From assembly GCF_009914755.1 (NCBI RefSeq), contig NC_060928.1: a stretch of DNA of 64,000 bases. The stretch is one strand, 5' to 3'. The DNA is from the human T2T-CHM13v2.0 reference genome, Homo sapiens. The notes under the pieces are model-generated. The model was not told where the DNA came from. It ran no database searches and saw only the letters and a program-made list of their open reading frames with translations. Both the position numbers and the translations under genes were made by a program. Positions 27,241-44,800 of this stretch are shown here, piece after piece (within the stretch, counting starts at the first letter, position 1; every line of letters begins with the position of its first letter).

Positions 27241-30200
27241 ATACATACTTTGGGTACTTTTATATTTTATGTACGGTATATAATACATACTTTGGGTACT
27301 TTGATATATTATGTACAGTATATAATACATACTTTGGGTACTTTGATATATTATGTACAGTATATAATACATACTTAGGGTACTTTGACATTTTATGTAC
27401 AGTACATAATACATACTTTGGGTACTTTGATATTTTATGTACAGTATATAATACATACTTTGGGTACTTTGATATTTTATGTACAGTATATAATTCATGT
27501 TTTGGGTACTTTTACATTTTATGTACAGTATATAATATATAGTTTGGGTACTTTGATATTTTATGTACGGTATATAATACATACTTTGGGTACTTTGATA
27601 TTTTATGTACAGTATATAATACATACTTTGGGTACTTTGATAATTTATGTACAGTATATAATACATACTTTGGGTACTTTGATATTTAATGTACAGTATA
27701 TAATACACACTTTGCATACTTTGATATTTTATGTAAAGTATGTAATACATACTTTGGGTACTTTGATATTTTATGTACAGTATGTAATACACGCTTTGGG
27801 TACTTTGATATTTTATGTAGAGTATGTAAAACATACTTTGGGTAGTTTGTTATTTTATGATCAGTATATAATACATATTTTGGGTACTTTGATATTTTAT
27901 GTACAGTATATAATACATACTTTGGGTACTTTGATATTTTATGTACAGTATATAATGCATAATTTGGGTACTTCAATAGTTTATGCACAGTATATAATAC
28001 ATACTTTGGCTAATTTGATATTTTATGTACAGTATATAATGCATACTTTGGGTACTTTGATAGTTTATGTACAGTATACAATACATACTTTGGGTACTTT
28101 GATATTTTATGTACAGTATATAATATGTAGTTTGGGTACTTTGATATTTTATTTACAGCTTATAATACATACTTTGGATACTTTGATACTTTATGTACAG
28201 TATATAATACATAATTTGGGTACTTTGTTATTTTATGTACAGTATACAATATATAGTTTGAGTACTTTGATATTTTATGTGCAGTATAAAATATATAGTT
28301 TTGGTACTTTCATATTTTATGTACAGTATATAGTTGGAGTACTTTGATATTTTATGTACAGTTTTTTATAAATGTTTGGGTGCTTTCATATTTTATGTAC
28401 AGTATATAATACATACTAAGGGCACTTTGATATTTTATGTACAGTATATAATACATACCTTGGGTACTTTGATATTTTATGTACAGTATATAATATATAG
28501 TTTGGGTATTTTGATATTTTATGTACAGTATATAATACATATTTTGGGTACTTTGATATTGTATGTACAGTATATAATACATACTTTGGGAACTTTGATA
28601 TTTTATGTACAGTATGTAGAACATACTTTGGGTACTTTGATATTTTATGTACAGGATATAATGCATACTTTGGGTACTTTGATAGTTTATGTACAGTATA
28701 TAATACATACTTTGGGTACTTTGATATTTTATGTATAGTATAAAATATATAGTTTGGGTACTTTGATATTTTATGTACAGTATGTAAAACATACTTTGGG
28801 GAGTTTGATATTTTATGTACAGTATGTAAAACATACTTTGGGGAGTTTGATATTTTATGAACAGTATATAATACACATTTTGTGTACTTTGATATTTTAT
28901 GTAAAGTATATAATACATACTTTGGGTACTTTGATATTTTATGTACAGTATATATTACATACTTTGGGTACTTTGATATTTTATGTACAGTATACAATAT
29001 ATAGTTTGAGTACTTTGATATTTTATGTACTGTATAAAATATATAGTTTTGGTACTTTGATATTTTATGTACAGTATATAGTTTGAGTACTTTGATATTT
29101 TATGTACAGTTTGTTATAAATATTTTGGTGCTTTCATATTTTATGTACTGTATATAATACATGCTTTGGGCACTTTGATATTTTATGTACAGTATATAAT
29201 ACATACTTTGGGTACTCTGATATTTTATGTACAGTGTATAATACATACTTTGGGTACTTTGATATTTTATGTACAGTATATAATACATACATTGGGTACT
29301 TTGATATATTATGTACAGTATATAATACTTACTTGGGGTACTTTGATATTTTATGTACAGTATATAATACATAGTTTGTGTACTTTGATATTTTATGTAC
29401 AGTATGTAGTACACACTTTGGGTACTTTGATATTTTATGTACAGTATATAATACATACTTTGGGTATCTTGATATTTTATGTACAGTATATAATGCATAC
29501 TTTGCGTCCTTTGATATTTTATGTACAGTATATAATGCATACTTTGGGTACTTTGATATTTCATGTACAGTATGTAATACATACTTTGGGTACTTTGATA
29601 TTTTATGTATAGTATATAATACATACTTTGTGTAGTTTGATATTTTATGTACAGTATACAATATATAGTTTGAGTACTTTGTTATTTTATGTGCAGTATA
29701 AAATATATAGTTTTCGTAATTGATATTTTATTTACAGAATATAGTTTGAGTACTTTGATATTTTATGTAAAATTTATTATAAATGTTTGGGTACTTTCAT
29801 GTTTTATGTACAGTGTATAATACATACTTTGGTCTCTTTGATGTTTTATGTACAGTATATAATACATACTTTGGGTTCTTTGATATTTTATGTACAGAAA
29901 ATAATGCATAGTTTTAGGTACTTTTATATTTTATGTACAGTATATAATACATACTTTGGGTACTTTGATATTTTATGTACAGTATATAATACATACTTTG
30001 GGAACTTTGATATTTTATGTACGGTATATAATACATACTTTGGGTACTTTGATATTTTATGTACAGTATATAATACATGTTTTGGGTACTTTTATATTTT
30101 ATGTACAGTATATAATATATAGTTTGGGTACTTTGATATTTTATGTACGGTATATAATACATACTTTGGATACTTTGATATTTTATGTACAGTATATAAT

Positions 30201-33200
30201 ACATACTTTGGGTACTTTGATATTTTATGTACAGTATATAATGCATAATTTGGGTACTTCAATAGTTTATGCACAGTATATAATACATACTTTGGGTAAT
30301 TTGATATTTTATGTACAGTATATAATGCATACTTTGGGTACTTTGATAGTTTATGTACTGTATACAATATATACTTTGGGTACTTTGATATTTTATGTAC
30401 AGTATATAATATGTAGTTTCGGTACTTTGATATTTTAACTACAGTATATAATACATACTTTGGGTACTTTGATATTTTATCTACAGTATATAATACATAC
30501 TTTGGGTACTTTGATATATTATGTACAGTATATAATACATAGTTTGGTTACTTTGATATTTTTTGTACAGTATGTAAAACATACTTTGGGGAGTTTGATA
30601 TTTTATAAACAGTATATAATACACATTTTGGGTACTTTGATATTTTATGTACGGTATATAATACATACTTTGGGTACTTTGATATTTTATGTACAGTATA
30701 TAATTCATACTTTGGGTACTTTGATATTTTATGTACAGTATATAATACATACATTGGGTACTTCGATATTTTATGTGCAGTACCCTATATATAGTTTGGG
30801 TACTTTGATATTTTATGTCCAGTATAAAATAAATAGTTTTGGTACTTTGATATTTTATGTACAGTATACAATATATAGTTTGAATAATTTGATATTTTAT
30901 GTGCAGTATAAAATATATAGTTTTGGTACTTTCATATTTTATGTACAGTATATAGTTTGAGTACTTTGATATTTTATGTACAGTTTTTTATAAATGTTTG
31001 GGTGCTTTCATATTTTATGTACAGTATATAATACATACTAAGGGCACTTTGATATTTTATGTACAGTATATAATACATACTTTGGGTATTTTGATATTTT
31101 ATGTACGTCATATAATATATAGTTTGGGTACTTAGATATTTTATGTACAGTATATAATACATACCTTGGGTACTTTGATATTTTATTTACAGTATATAAT
31201 ATATAGTTTGGGTATTTTGATATTTTATGTACAGTATATAATACATACTTTGGGTACTTTGATATTTTATGTACAGTATATAATACATACTTTGGGAACT
31301 TTGATATTTTATGTACAGTATGTAAAACATACTTTGGGTACTTTGATATTTTATGTACAGTATACAATATATAGTATGAATACTTTGATATTTTATGTGC
31401 AGTATAAAATATATAGTTTTGGTACTTTCATATTTTATATACAGTATATAGTTTGAGTACTTTGATATTTTATGTACAGTTTTTTATAATGTTTGGATGC
31501 TTTCATATTTTATGTACAGTATATAATACATACTAAGGGCACTTTGATATTTTATGTACAGTATATAATACATACTTTGGGTACTTTGATATTTTATGTA
31601 CGTCATATAATATATAGTTTGGGTACTTTGATATTTTATGTACAGTATATAATGCATACTTTGGATACTTTGATATTTTATGTACAGTATATAATACATA
31701 CTTTGGGTACTTTGATATTTTATGGACAGTGTAGAATACATACTTTGTGTACTTTGATATTTTATGTACAGTATATAAAATATAGTTTGGGTAGTTTGAT
31801 ATTTTATATACAGTATATAATACATACTTTGGGTACTTTGACATTTTGTGTACAGTATATAATACATACTTTGGGTACTTTGATATTTTATGCACAGTAT
31901 ACAATATATAGTTTGAGTACTTTGATATTTTATGTACTGTATAAAATATATACTTTTGGTACTTTGATATTTTATGTACAGTATATAGTTTGAGTACTTT
32001 GATATTTTATGTACAGTTTGTTAAAAATGTTTGGGTGCTTTCATATTTTATGTACAGTATATAATACATACTTTGGTCACTTTGATATCTTATGTACAGT
32101 ATATAATACATACTTTGGATACTCTGATATTTTATGTACAGGGTATAATACATAATTTGTGTACTTTGATATTTTATGTACAGTATATAATACATACGTT
32201 GGGTACTTTGATATATTATGTACAGTATATAATACATACTTTGGGTACTTTGATATTTTATGTACAGTATATAATCCATAGTTTGTGTACTTTGATATTT
32301 TATGTACAGTATATAATACATACTTTGGGTACTTTGATATTTTATGTACAGTATAGAATATATAGTTTGAGTACTTTGTTATTTTATGTCCAGTATAAAA
32401 TATATAGTTTTCGTAATTGATATTTTATGTACAGAATATAGTTTGAGTACTTTGATATTTTATGTACACTTTATTATAAATGTTTGGGTACTTTCATATT
32501 TTATGTACAGTATATAATACATACTTTGGTCTCTTTGATGTTTTATGTACAGTATATAATACATACTTTGGGTTCTTTGATATTTTATGTACAGAATATA
32601 ATGCATAGTTTTAGGTACTTTTATATTTTATGTACAGTATATAATACATACTTTGGGTACTTTGATATTTTATGTACAGTATATAATACATACTTTGGGA
32701 ACTTTGATATTTTATGTACAGTATGTAATACATACTTTGGGTACTTTGATATTTTATGTACAGTATATAATACATACTATTGGTACTTTGATATTTTATG
32801 TACAGTATACAATATATAGTTTGAGTACTTTGATATTTTATATCCAGTATAAAATATATAGATTTCATACTTTGATATTTTATGTACTGAATGTAGTTTG
32901 AGTACTTTGATATTTTATGTACACTTTATTATAAAAGTTTGGGTACTTTCATATTTTACGTACAGTATATAATACATACTTTGGGCACTTTGATGTTTTA
33001 TGTACAGTATATAATACATACTTTGGGTTCTTTGATATTTTATGTACAGCATATAATACATAATTTGGGGACTTTTATATTTTATGTACATTATATTATA
33101 CATACTTTGGGTACTTTTATATTTTATGTACGGTATATAATACATACTTTGGGTACTTTGATATATTATGTACCGTATATAATACATACTTTGGGTACTT

Positions 33201-33369
33201 TGATATATTATGTACAGTATATAATACATACTAAGGGTACTTTGACATTTTATGTACAGTACATAATACTTACTTTGGGTACTTTGATATATTATATACA
33301 GTATATAATGCATACTTTGGATACTTTGATATTTTATGTATAGTATATAATACATACTTTGGGTACTTT

Positions 33370-35850
33370 GATATTTTATGTACAGTATGTAATACATAAT
33401 TTGGGTAATTTAATATTTTATGTATAGTATATAATACATACTTTGGGTACTTTGATATTTTATGGACAGTGTATAATACATACTTTGGGTACTTTGATAT
33501 TTTATGTACAGTGTATAATATATAGTTTGGGTACTTTGATATTTTATATACAGTATATAATACATACTTTGGGTATTTTGATATTTTATGTACAGTATAT
33601 AATATGTAGTTTGGGTACTTTGATATTTTATGTACGGTATATAATACATACTTTGGGTACTTTGATATTTTATTTACAGTATATAATACATGCTTTGGGT
33701 ACTTTGATATTTTATGTACAGTATATAATACATACTTTGGGTACTTTGATATTTTATGTACAGTATACAATATATAGTTTGAGTACTTTGATATTTTATG
33801 TGCAGTATAAAATATATAGTGTTGGTAGTTTGATATTTTATGTACAGTATATATTTTGAGTACTTTGATACTTTTATGTACAGTTTATTATAAATGTTTG
33901 GGTACTTTCATATTTGATGTACAGTATATAATACATAATTTGGGCACTTTGATATTTTATGTACAGTATATAATACATACTTTGGGTACTTTTATATTTT
34001 ATGTACAGTATATAATACATACTTTGGGTACTTTGATATTTAATGTACAGTATATAATACACACTTTGAGTACTTTGATATTTTATGTAACGTATGTAAT
34101 ACATATTTTGGGTAGTTTGATATTTTATGTACAGTATGTAGTACACACTTTGGGTACTTTGATATTTTATGTACAGTATGTAAAACATACTTTGGGTACT
34201 TTGATATTTTATGTACAGTATGCAAAATATAGTTTGAGTACTTTGATATTTTATGTACAGTTTATTATAAATGTTTGGGTAGTTTCATATTTGATGTACT
34301 GTATATAATACATAATTTGGGCACTTTGATATTTTATGTACAGTATATAATACATACTTTGGGTAATTTTATATTTTATGTACAGTATATAATACATACT
34401 TTGGATACTTTGATATTTAATGTACAGTATATAATGCACACTTTGCGTACTGTGATATTTTATGTAAAGTATGTAATACATACTGTGGGTAGTTTGATAT
34501 TTTATGTACAGTATGTAATACACACTTTGGGTACTTTGATATTTTATGTATAGTGTATAATACATACTTTGGTTACTTTGATATTTTATGTACAGTATGT
34601 AATACATAATTTGGGTAATTTAATATTTTATGTATAGTATATAATACATACTTTGGGTACTTTGATATTTTATGGACAGTGTATAATACATACTTTGGGT
34701 ACTTTGATATTTTATGTACAGTGTATAATATATAGTTTGGGTACTTTGATATTTTATATACAGTATATAATACATACTTTGGGTACTTTGATATTTTATG
34801 TACAGTATATAATATATAGTTTGGGTACTTTGATATTTTATGTACGGTATATAATACATACTTTGGGTACTTTGATATTTTATGTACAGTATATAATACA
34901 TACTTTGGGTACTTTGATATTTTATGTACAGTATACAATATATAGTTTGAGTACTTTGATATTTTATGTGCAGTATAAAATATATAGTGTTGGTAGTTTG
35001 ATGTTTTATGTACAGTATATATTTTGAGTACTTTGATATTTTATGTACAGTTTATTATAAATGTTTGGGTACTTTCATATTTGATGTACAGTATATAATA
35101 CATAATTTGGGCACTTTGATATTTTATGTACAGTATATAATACATACTTTGGGTACTTTTATATTTTATGTACAGTATATAATACATACTTTGGGTACTT
35201 TGATATTTAATGTACAGTATATAATACACACTTTGCGTACTTTGATATTTTATGTAACGTATGTAATACATACTTTGGGTAGTTTGATATTTTATGTACA
35301 GTATGTAGTACACACTTTGGATACTTTGATATTTTATGTACAGTATGTAAAACATACTTTGGGTACTTTGATATTTTATGTACAGTATATAATATATAGT
35401 TTGGGTACTTTGATATTTTATATACAGTATATAATACATACTTTTGGTACTTTGATATTTTATGTACAGTATATAATACGTACTTTGGGTACTTTGATAT
35501 TTTATGTACAGTATGCAATATATATTTTGAGTACTTTGATATTTTATGTACAGTTTATTATAAATGTTTGGGTAGTTTCATATTTGACGTACAGTATATT
35601 ATACATAATTTGGGCACTTTGATATTTTATGTACAGTATATAATACATACTTTGGGTAATTTTATATTTTATGTACAGTATATATTACATACTTTGGGTA
35701 CTTTGATATTTAATGTACAGTATATAATGCACACTTTGCGTACTGTGATATTTTATGTAAAGTATGTAATACATACTGTGGGTAGTTTGATATTTTATGT
35801 ACAGTATGTAATACACACTTTGGGTACTTTGATATTTTATGTACTGTATG
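33370..35850 (+). repeat. Local ~1.2-kb tandem duplication (33370-34550 / 34580-35850)
   Basis: Offsets are 33443/34653 = 1210, 33898/35065 = 1167 and 34275/35568 = 1293. The variants GTAACGTATG, GGTAGTTTCATATTTGA, GCGTACTGTGAT and ACTGTGGGTAG were seen only in this pair. Confidence 0.85.
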
Positions 35851-38800
35851 TAAAACATACTTTGGGTAGTTTGATATTTTATGATGAGTATATAATACAC
35901 ATTTTGGGTACTTTGATATTTTATGTACAGGATATAATGCATATTTTGGGTACTTTGATAGTTTATGTACAGTATATAATACATACTTTGGGTACTTTGA
36001 TATTTTATGTATAGTATAAAATATATAGTTCGGGTAGTTTCATATTTTATGTACAGTATGTAAAACATACTTTGGGGAGTTTGATATTTTATGAACAGTA
36101 TATAATACACATTTTGTGTACTTTGATATTTTATGTACAGTATATAATACATACTTTGGGTACTTTGATATTTTATGTACAGTATATATTACATACTTTG
36201 GGTACTTTGATATTTTATGTACAGTATACAATATATAGTTTGAGTACTTTGATATTTTATGTACTGTATAAAATATATAGTTTTGGTAGTTTGATGTTTT
36301 ATGTACAGTATATATTTTGAGTACTTTGATATTTTATGTACAGTTTATTATAAATGTTTTGGTACTTTCATATTTTACGTACAGTATATAATACATACTT
36401 TGGGCACTTTGATGTTTTATGTACAGTATATAATACATACTTTGGGTTCTTTGATATTTTATGTACAGCATATAATACATAATTTGGGGACCTTTATATT
36501 TTGTGTACATTATATTATACATACTTTGGGTACTTTTATTTTTTATGTACGGTATATAATACATACTTTGGGTACTTTGATATATTATGTACAGTATATA
36601 ATACATACTTTGGGTACTTTGATATATTATGTACAGTATATAATACATACTAAGGGTACTTTGACATTTTATGTACAGTACATAATACATACTTTGGGTT
36701 CTTTGATATTTTATGTACAGTATATAATGCATACTTTGGATACTTTGATATTTTATGTACAGTATATAATACATACTTTGGGTACTTTGATATTTTATGT
36801 ACAGTATGTAATATATAATTTGGGTACTTTAATATTTTATGTATAGTATATAATACATACTTTGGGTACTTTGATATTTTATGGACAGTGTATAATACAT
36901 ACTTTGGGTACTTTGATATTTTATGTACAGTATATAATATATAGTTTGGGTACTTTGACATTTTATATACAGTATATAATACATACTTTGCGTACTTTGA
37001 TATTTTGTGTACAGTATATAATACATACTTTGGGTACTTTGATATTTTATGCACAGTATACAATATATAGTTTGAGTACTTTGATATTTTATGTACTGTA
37101 TAAAATATATAGTTTTGGTACTTTGATATTTTATGTACAGTATATAGTTTGAGTACTTTGATATTTTATGTACAGTTTGTTAAAAATGTTTGGGTGCTTT
37201 CATATTTTATGTACAGTATATAATACATACTTTGGGCACTTTGATATCTTATGTACAGTATATAATACATATTTTGGGTACTCTGATATTTTATGTACAG
37301 TGTATAATACATAATTTGTGTACTTTGATATTTTATGTACAGTATATAATACATACGTTGGGTACTTTGATATATTATGTACAGTATATAATAAATACTT
37401 TGGGTACTTTGATATTTTATGTACAGTATATAATCCATAGTTTGTGTACTTTGATATTTTATGTACAGTATATAATACATACTTTGGGTACTTTGATATT
37501 TTATGTACAGTATATAATACATACTTTGGGTACTTTCATGTTTTATGTACAGTATATAATATATAGTTTGGGTACTTTGATATTTTATGTACGGTATATA
37601 ATACATACTTTGGGTACTTTGATATTTTATGTACAGTATATAATACATAATTTGGGTACTTTGATATTTTATGTACAGTATACAATATATAGTTTGAGTA
37701 CTTTGATATTTTATGTGCAGTATAAAATATATAGTGTTGGTAGTTTGATGTTTTATGTACAGTATATATTTTGAGTACTTTGATATTTTATGTACGGTAT
37801 ATAATACATACTTTGGGAACTTTGATATTTTATGTACAGTATGTAAAACATACTTTGGGTACTTTGATATTTTATGTACAGGATATAATGCATACTTTGG
37901 GTACTTTGATAGTTTATGTACAGTATATAATACATACTTTGGGTACTTTGATATTTTATGTATAGTATAAAATATATAGTTTGGGTAGTTTGATATTTTA
38001 GGTACAGTATGTAAAAGATACTTTGGGGAGTTTGATATTATATGTACAGTATGTAAAACATACTTTGGGGAGTTTGATATTTTATGAACAGTATATAATA
38101 CACATTTTGTGTACTTTGATATTTTATGTACAGTATATAATACAAACTTTGGGTTCTTTGATATTTTATGTACAGAATATAATGCATAGTTTTAGGTACT
38201 TTTATATTTTATGTACAGTATATAATACATATTTTGGGTACTTTGATATTTTATGTACAGTATATAATACATACTTTGGGAACTTTGATATTTTATGTAC
38301 AGTATGTAATACATACTTTGGGTACTTTGATATTTTATGTACAGTATATAATACATACTATTGGTACTTTGATATTTTATGTACAGTATACAATATGTAG
38401 TTTGAGTACTTTGATATTTTATGTCCAGTATAAAATATATAGATTTCATACTTTGATATTTTTGTACTGAATGTAGTTTGAGTACTTTGATATTTTATGT
38501 ACACTTTATTATAAAAGTTTGGGTACTTTGATATTTTACGTACAGTATATAATACATACTTTGGGCACTTTGATGTTTTATGTACAGTATATAATACATA
38601 CTTTGGGTTCTTTGATATTTTATGTACAGCATATAATACATAATTTGGGGACTTTTATATTTTATGTACATTATATTATACATACTTTGGGTACTTTTAT
38701 ATTTTATGTACGGTATATAATACACACTTTGGGTACTTTGATATTTTATGTACAGTATATAATACATACTTTGGGTACTCTGATATTTTATGTACAGTAT

Positions 38801-41800
38801 AAAATATATAGTTTGAGTACTTTGATATTTTATGTACTGTATAAAATATATAGTTTTCGTACTTTGATATTTTATGTACAGTATATAGTTTGAGTACTTT
38901 GATATTTTATGTACCGTTTTTTATAAATGTTTGGGTGCTTTCATATTTTATGTACAGTATATAATACATAAAAAGGGCACTTTGATATTTTATGTACAGT
39001 ATATAATACATACTTTGGGTACTCTGATATTTTATGTACAGTGTATAATACATACTTTGGGTAGTTTGATATTTTATATACAATATATAATACATACGTT
39101 GGGAACTTTGATATATTATGTACAGTATATAATACATGCTTTGGGTACTTTGATATTTTATCTACAGTATACAACACATAGTTTGTGTACTTTGATATTT
39201 TATGTACAGTATATAATACATACTTTGGGTACTTTGATATTTTATGTACAGTATATAATACATACTTTGGGTACTTTCATATTTTATGTACAGTATATAA
39301 TGCATAGTTTGGTTACTTTGATATTTTATCTACAGCTTATAATACATACTTTGGATAGTTTGATACTTTATGTACAGTATATAATACATACTTTGGGTAC
39401 TTTGATATTTTATGTACAGTATACAATATATAGTTTGAGTACTTTGATATTTTATGTGCAGTATAAAATATATAGTTTTGGTACTTTCATATTTTATGTA
39501 CAGTATATAGTTTGAGTACTTTGATATTTTATGTACAGTTTTTTATAAATGTTTGGGTGCTTTCATATTTTATGTACAGTATATAATACATACTAAGGGC
39601 ACTTTGATATTTTATGTACAGTATATAATACATACTTTGGGTACTTTGATATTTTATGTACGTCATATAATATATAGTTTGGGTACTTTGATATTTTATG
39701 TACAGAATATAATACATACCTTGGGTACTTTGATATTTTATGTACAGTATATAATATATAGTTTGGGTATTTTGATATTTTATGTACAGTATATAATACA
39801 TACTTTGGGTACTTTGATATTTTATGTACAGTATATAATACATACTTTGGGAACTTTGATATTTTATGTACAGTATGTAAAACATACTTTGGGTACTTTG
39901 ATATTTTATGTACAGTATATAATACATACTTTGGGTACTTTGATATTTAATGTACAGTATATAATACACACTTTGCGTACTTTGATATTTTATGTAAAGT
40001 ATGTAATACATACTTTGGGTACTTTGATATTTTATGTACAGTATGTAATACACGCTTTGGGTACTTTGATATTTTATGTAGAGTATGTAAAACATACTTT
40101 GGGTAGTTTGGTATTTTATGATCAGTATATAATACATATTTTGGGTACTTTGATATTTTATGTACAGTATATAATACCTACTTTGGGTACTTTGATATTT
40201 TATGTACAGTATATAATGCATAATTTGGGTACTTCAATAGTTTATGCACAGTATATAATACATACTTTGGGTAATTTGATATTTTATGTACAGTATATAA
40301 TGCATACTTTGGGTACTTTGATAGTTTATGTACAGTATACAATACATACTTTGGGTACTTTGATATTTTATGTACAGTATATAATATGTAGTTTGGGTAC
40401 TTTGATATTTTAACTACAGTATATAATACATACTTTGGGTACTTGGATATTTTATCTACAGTATATAATAGATACTTTGGGTACTTTGATATATTATGTA
40501 CAGTATATAATACATAGTTTGGTTACTTTGATATTTTTTGTACAGTATGTAAAACATACTTTGGGGAGTTTGATATTTTATGAACAGTATATAATACACA
40601 TTTTGGGTACTTTGATATTTTATGTACGGTATATAATACATACTTTGGGTACTTTGATATTTTATGTACAGTATATAATTCATACTTTGGGTACTTTGAT
40701 ATTTTATGTACAGTATATAATACATACATTGGGTACTTCGATATTTTATGTGCAGTACCCTATATATAGTTTGGGTACTTTGATATTTTATGTCCAGTAT
40801 AAAATAAATAGTTTTGGTACTTTGATATTTTATATACAGTATATAGTTTGAGTACTTTGATATTTAATGTTCAGTTTATTATAAATGTTTGGGTGCTTTC
40901 ATATTTTATATACAGTATATAATACATACTTTGGGCACTTTGATATTTTCTGTACAGTATATAATACATACTTTGGGTACTTTGATATTTTATGTACGGT
41001 ATATAATACATACATTGGGTACTTTGATATTTTATGTACAGTATATAATATATAGTTTGGTTACTTTGATATTTTATATACAGTATATAATATATATTAT
41101 GTGTACTTTGATATATTATGTACAGTATATAATATATAGTATGGGTTGTTTGATATTTTATGTACAGTATATAATATATAGTTTGGGTAGTTTGATATTT
41201 TTAGTACAGTATGTAATATATAGTTTGTTTTATTTGATATTTTATGTACAGTATACAATATATAGTATTGGTACTTTGATATTTCATGTAAAGTATATAG
41301 TTTGAGTACTTTGATATTTTATATGCAGTTTATTATAAATGTTTGGGTACCTTCATATTTTATGTACAGTATATAATACATACTTTGGGAACTTTTATTT
41401 TATGTGCAGTATATAATACATACTTTGGGTACTTTGATATTTCATGTACAGTATATAATACACACTTTGGGTACTTTGATATTTTATGTACAGTATATAA
41501 TACACAGTTTGGGTAGTTTGATATTTTATGTACAGTATATAATACATACTTTGGGTACTTTGATGTATTATGTACAGTATATAATACATACTTTGGGTAC
41601 TTTGATATTTTATGTACAGTATATAATACATACTTTGGGTACTTTGATATTTTATGTACAGTATGTAATACACACTTTGGGTACTTTGATATTTTATGTA
41701 CAGTATGTAAAACATACTTTGGGTAGTTTGATATATTATGTACAGTATATAATACATACTTTGGGTACTCTGATATTTTATGTACAGTGTATAATACATA

Positions 41801-44800
41801 CTTTGGGTACTTTGATATTTTATGTACAGTATATATTACATACTTTGGGTACTTTGATATTTTATGTACAGTATACAATATATAGTTTGAGTACTTTGAT
41901 ATTTTATGTACTGTATAAAATATATAGTTTTGGTACTTTGATATTTTATGTACAGTATATAGTTTGAGTACTTTGATATTTTATGTACAGTTTGTTATAA
42001 ATATTTTGGTGCTTTCATATTTTATGTACTGTATATAATACATGCTTTGGGCACTTTGATATTTTATGTACAGTATATAATACATACTTTGGGTACTCTG
42101 ATATTTTATGTACAGTGTATAATACATACTTTGGGTACTTTGATATTTTATGTACAGTATATAATACATACATTGGGTACTTTGATATATTATGTACAGT
42201 ATATAATACTTACTTGGGGTACTTTGATATTTTATGTACAGTATATAATACATAGTTTGTGTACTTTGATATTTTATGTACAGTATGTAGTACACACTTT
42301 GGGTACTTTGATATTTTATGTACAGTATATAATACATACTTTGGGTATCTTGATATTTTATGTACAGTATATAATGCATACTTTGCGTCCTTTGATATTT
42401 TATGTACAGTATATAATGCATACTTTGGGTACTTTGATATTTCATGTACAGTATGTAATACATACTTTGGGTACTTTGATATTTTATGTATAGTATATAA
42501 TACATACTTTGTGTAGTTTGATATTTTATGTACAGTATACAATATATAGTTTGAGTACTTTGTTATTTTATGTGCAGTATAAAATATATAGTTTTCGTAA
42601 TTGATCTTTTATGTACAGAATATAGTTTGAGTACTTTGATATTTTATGTACACTTTATTATAAATGTTTGGGTCCTTTCATATTTTATGTACAGTATATA
42701 ATACATACTTTGGTCTCTTTGATGTTTTATGTACAGTATATAATACATAATTTGGGTTCTTTGATATTTTATGTACAGAATATAATGCATAGTTTTAGGT
42801 ACTTTTATATTTTATGTACAGTCTATAATACATACTTTGGGTACTTTGATATTTTATGTACAGTATATAATACATACTTTGGGAACTTTGATATTTTATG
42901 TACAGTATGTAATACATACTTTGGGTACTTTGATATTTTATGTACAGTATATAATACATACTATTGGTACTTTGATATTTTATGTACAGTATACAATATA
43001 TAGTTTGAGGACTTTGATATTTTATGTCCAGTATAAAATATATAGATTTCATACTTTGATATTTTATGTACTGAATGTAGTTTGAGTACTTTGATATTTT
43101 ATGTACACTTTATTATAAAAGTTTGGGTACTTTCATATTTTACGTACAGTATATAATACATACTTTGGGCACTTTGATGTTTTATGTACAGTATATAATA
43201 CATACTTTGGGTTCTTTGATAATTTATGTACAGCATATAATACATAATTTGGGGACTTTTATATTTTATGTACATTATATTATACATACTTTGGGTACTT
43301 TTATATTTTATGTACGGTATATAATACACACTTTGGGTACTTTGATATATTATGTACAGTATATAATACATACTTTGGGTACTTTGATATATTATGTACA
43401 GTATATAATACATACTAAGGGTACTTTGACATTTTATGTACAGTACATAATACATACTTTGGGTACTTTGATATTTTATGTACAGTATATAATGCATACT
43501 TTGAATACTTTGATATTTTATGTACAGTATATAATACATACTTTGGGTACTTTTATATTTTATGTACAGTATATAATATATAGTTTGGGTACTTTGATAT
43601 TTTATGTACGGTATATAATACATACTTTGGGTACTTTGATATTTTATGTACAGTATATAATACATACTTTGGGTACTCTGATATTTTATGTACCGTATAC
43701 AATATATAGTTTGAGTACTTTGATATTTTATGTACAGTATATAGTTTGAGTACTTTGATATTTTATGTACAGTTTTTTATAAATGTTTGGGTGCTTTCAT
43801 ATTTTATGTACAGTATATAATACATACAAAGGGCACTTTGTTATTTTATGTACAGTATATAATACATTCTTTGGGTACTCTGATATTTTATGTACAGTGT
43901 ATAATACATACTTTGGGTACTTTGATATTTTATGTACAATATATAATACATACGTTGGGAACTTTGATATATTATGTGCAGTATATAATACATACTTTGG
44001 GTACTTTGATATTTTATCTACAGTATACAACACATAGTTTGTGTACTTTGATATTTTATGTACAGTATATAATACATACTTTGGGTACTTTGATATTTTA
44101 TGTACAGTATATAATACATACTTTGGGTACTTTCATATTTTATGTACAGTATATAATACATAGTTTGGTTACTTTGATATTTTATCTACAGCTTATAATA
44201 CATACTTTGGATACTTTGATACTTTATGTACAGTATATAATACATACTTTGGGTACTTTGATATTTTATGTACAGTATACAATATATAGTTTGAGTACTT
44301 TGATATTTTATGTGCAGTATAAAATATATAGTTTTGGTACTTTCATATTTTATGTACAGTATATAGTTTGAGTACTTTGATATTTTATGGACAGTTTTTT
44401 ATAAATGTTTGGGTGCTTTCATATTTTAAGTACAGTATATAATACATAGTAAGGGCACTTTGATATTTTATGTACAGTATATAATACATACTTTGGGTAC
44501 TTTGATATTTTATGTACATCATATAATATATAGTTTGGGTACTTTGATATTTTATGTACAGTATATAATACATACCTTGGGTACTTTGATATTTTATGTA
44601 CAGTACATAATATATAGTTTGGGTATTTTTATATTTTATGTACAGTATATAATACATACTTTGGGTACTTTGATATTTTATGTACAGTATATAATACATA
44701 CTTTGGGAACTTTGATATTTTATGTACAGTATGTAAAACATACTTTGGGTACTTTGATATTTTATGTACAGTATATAATACATACTATTGGTACTTTGAT

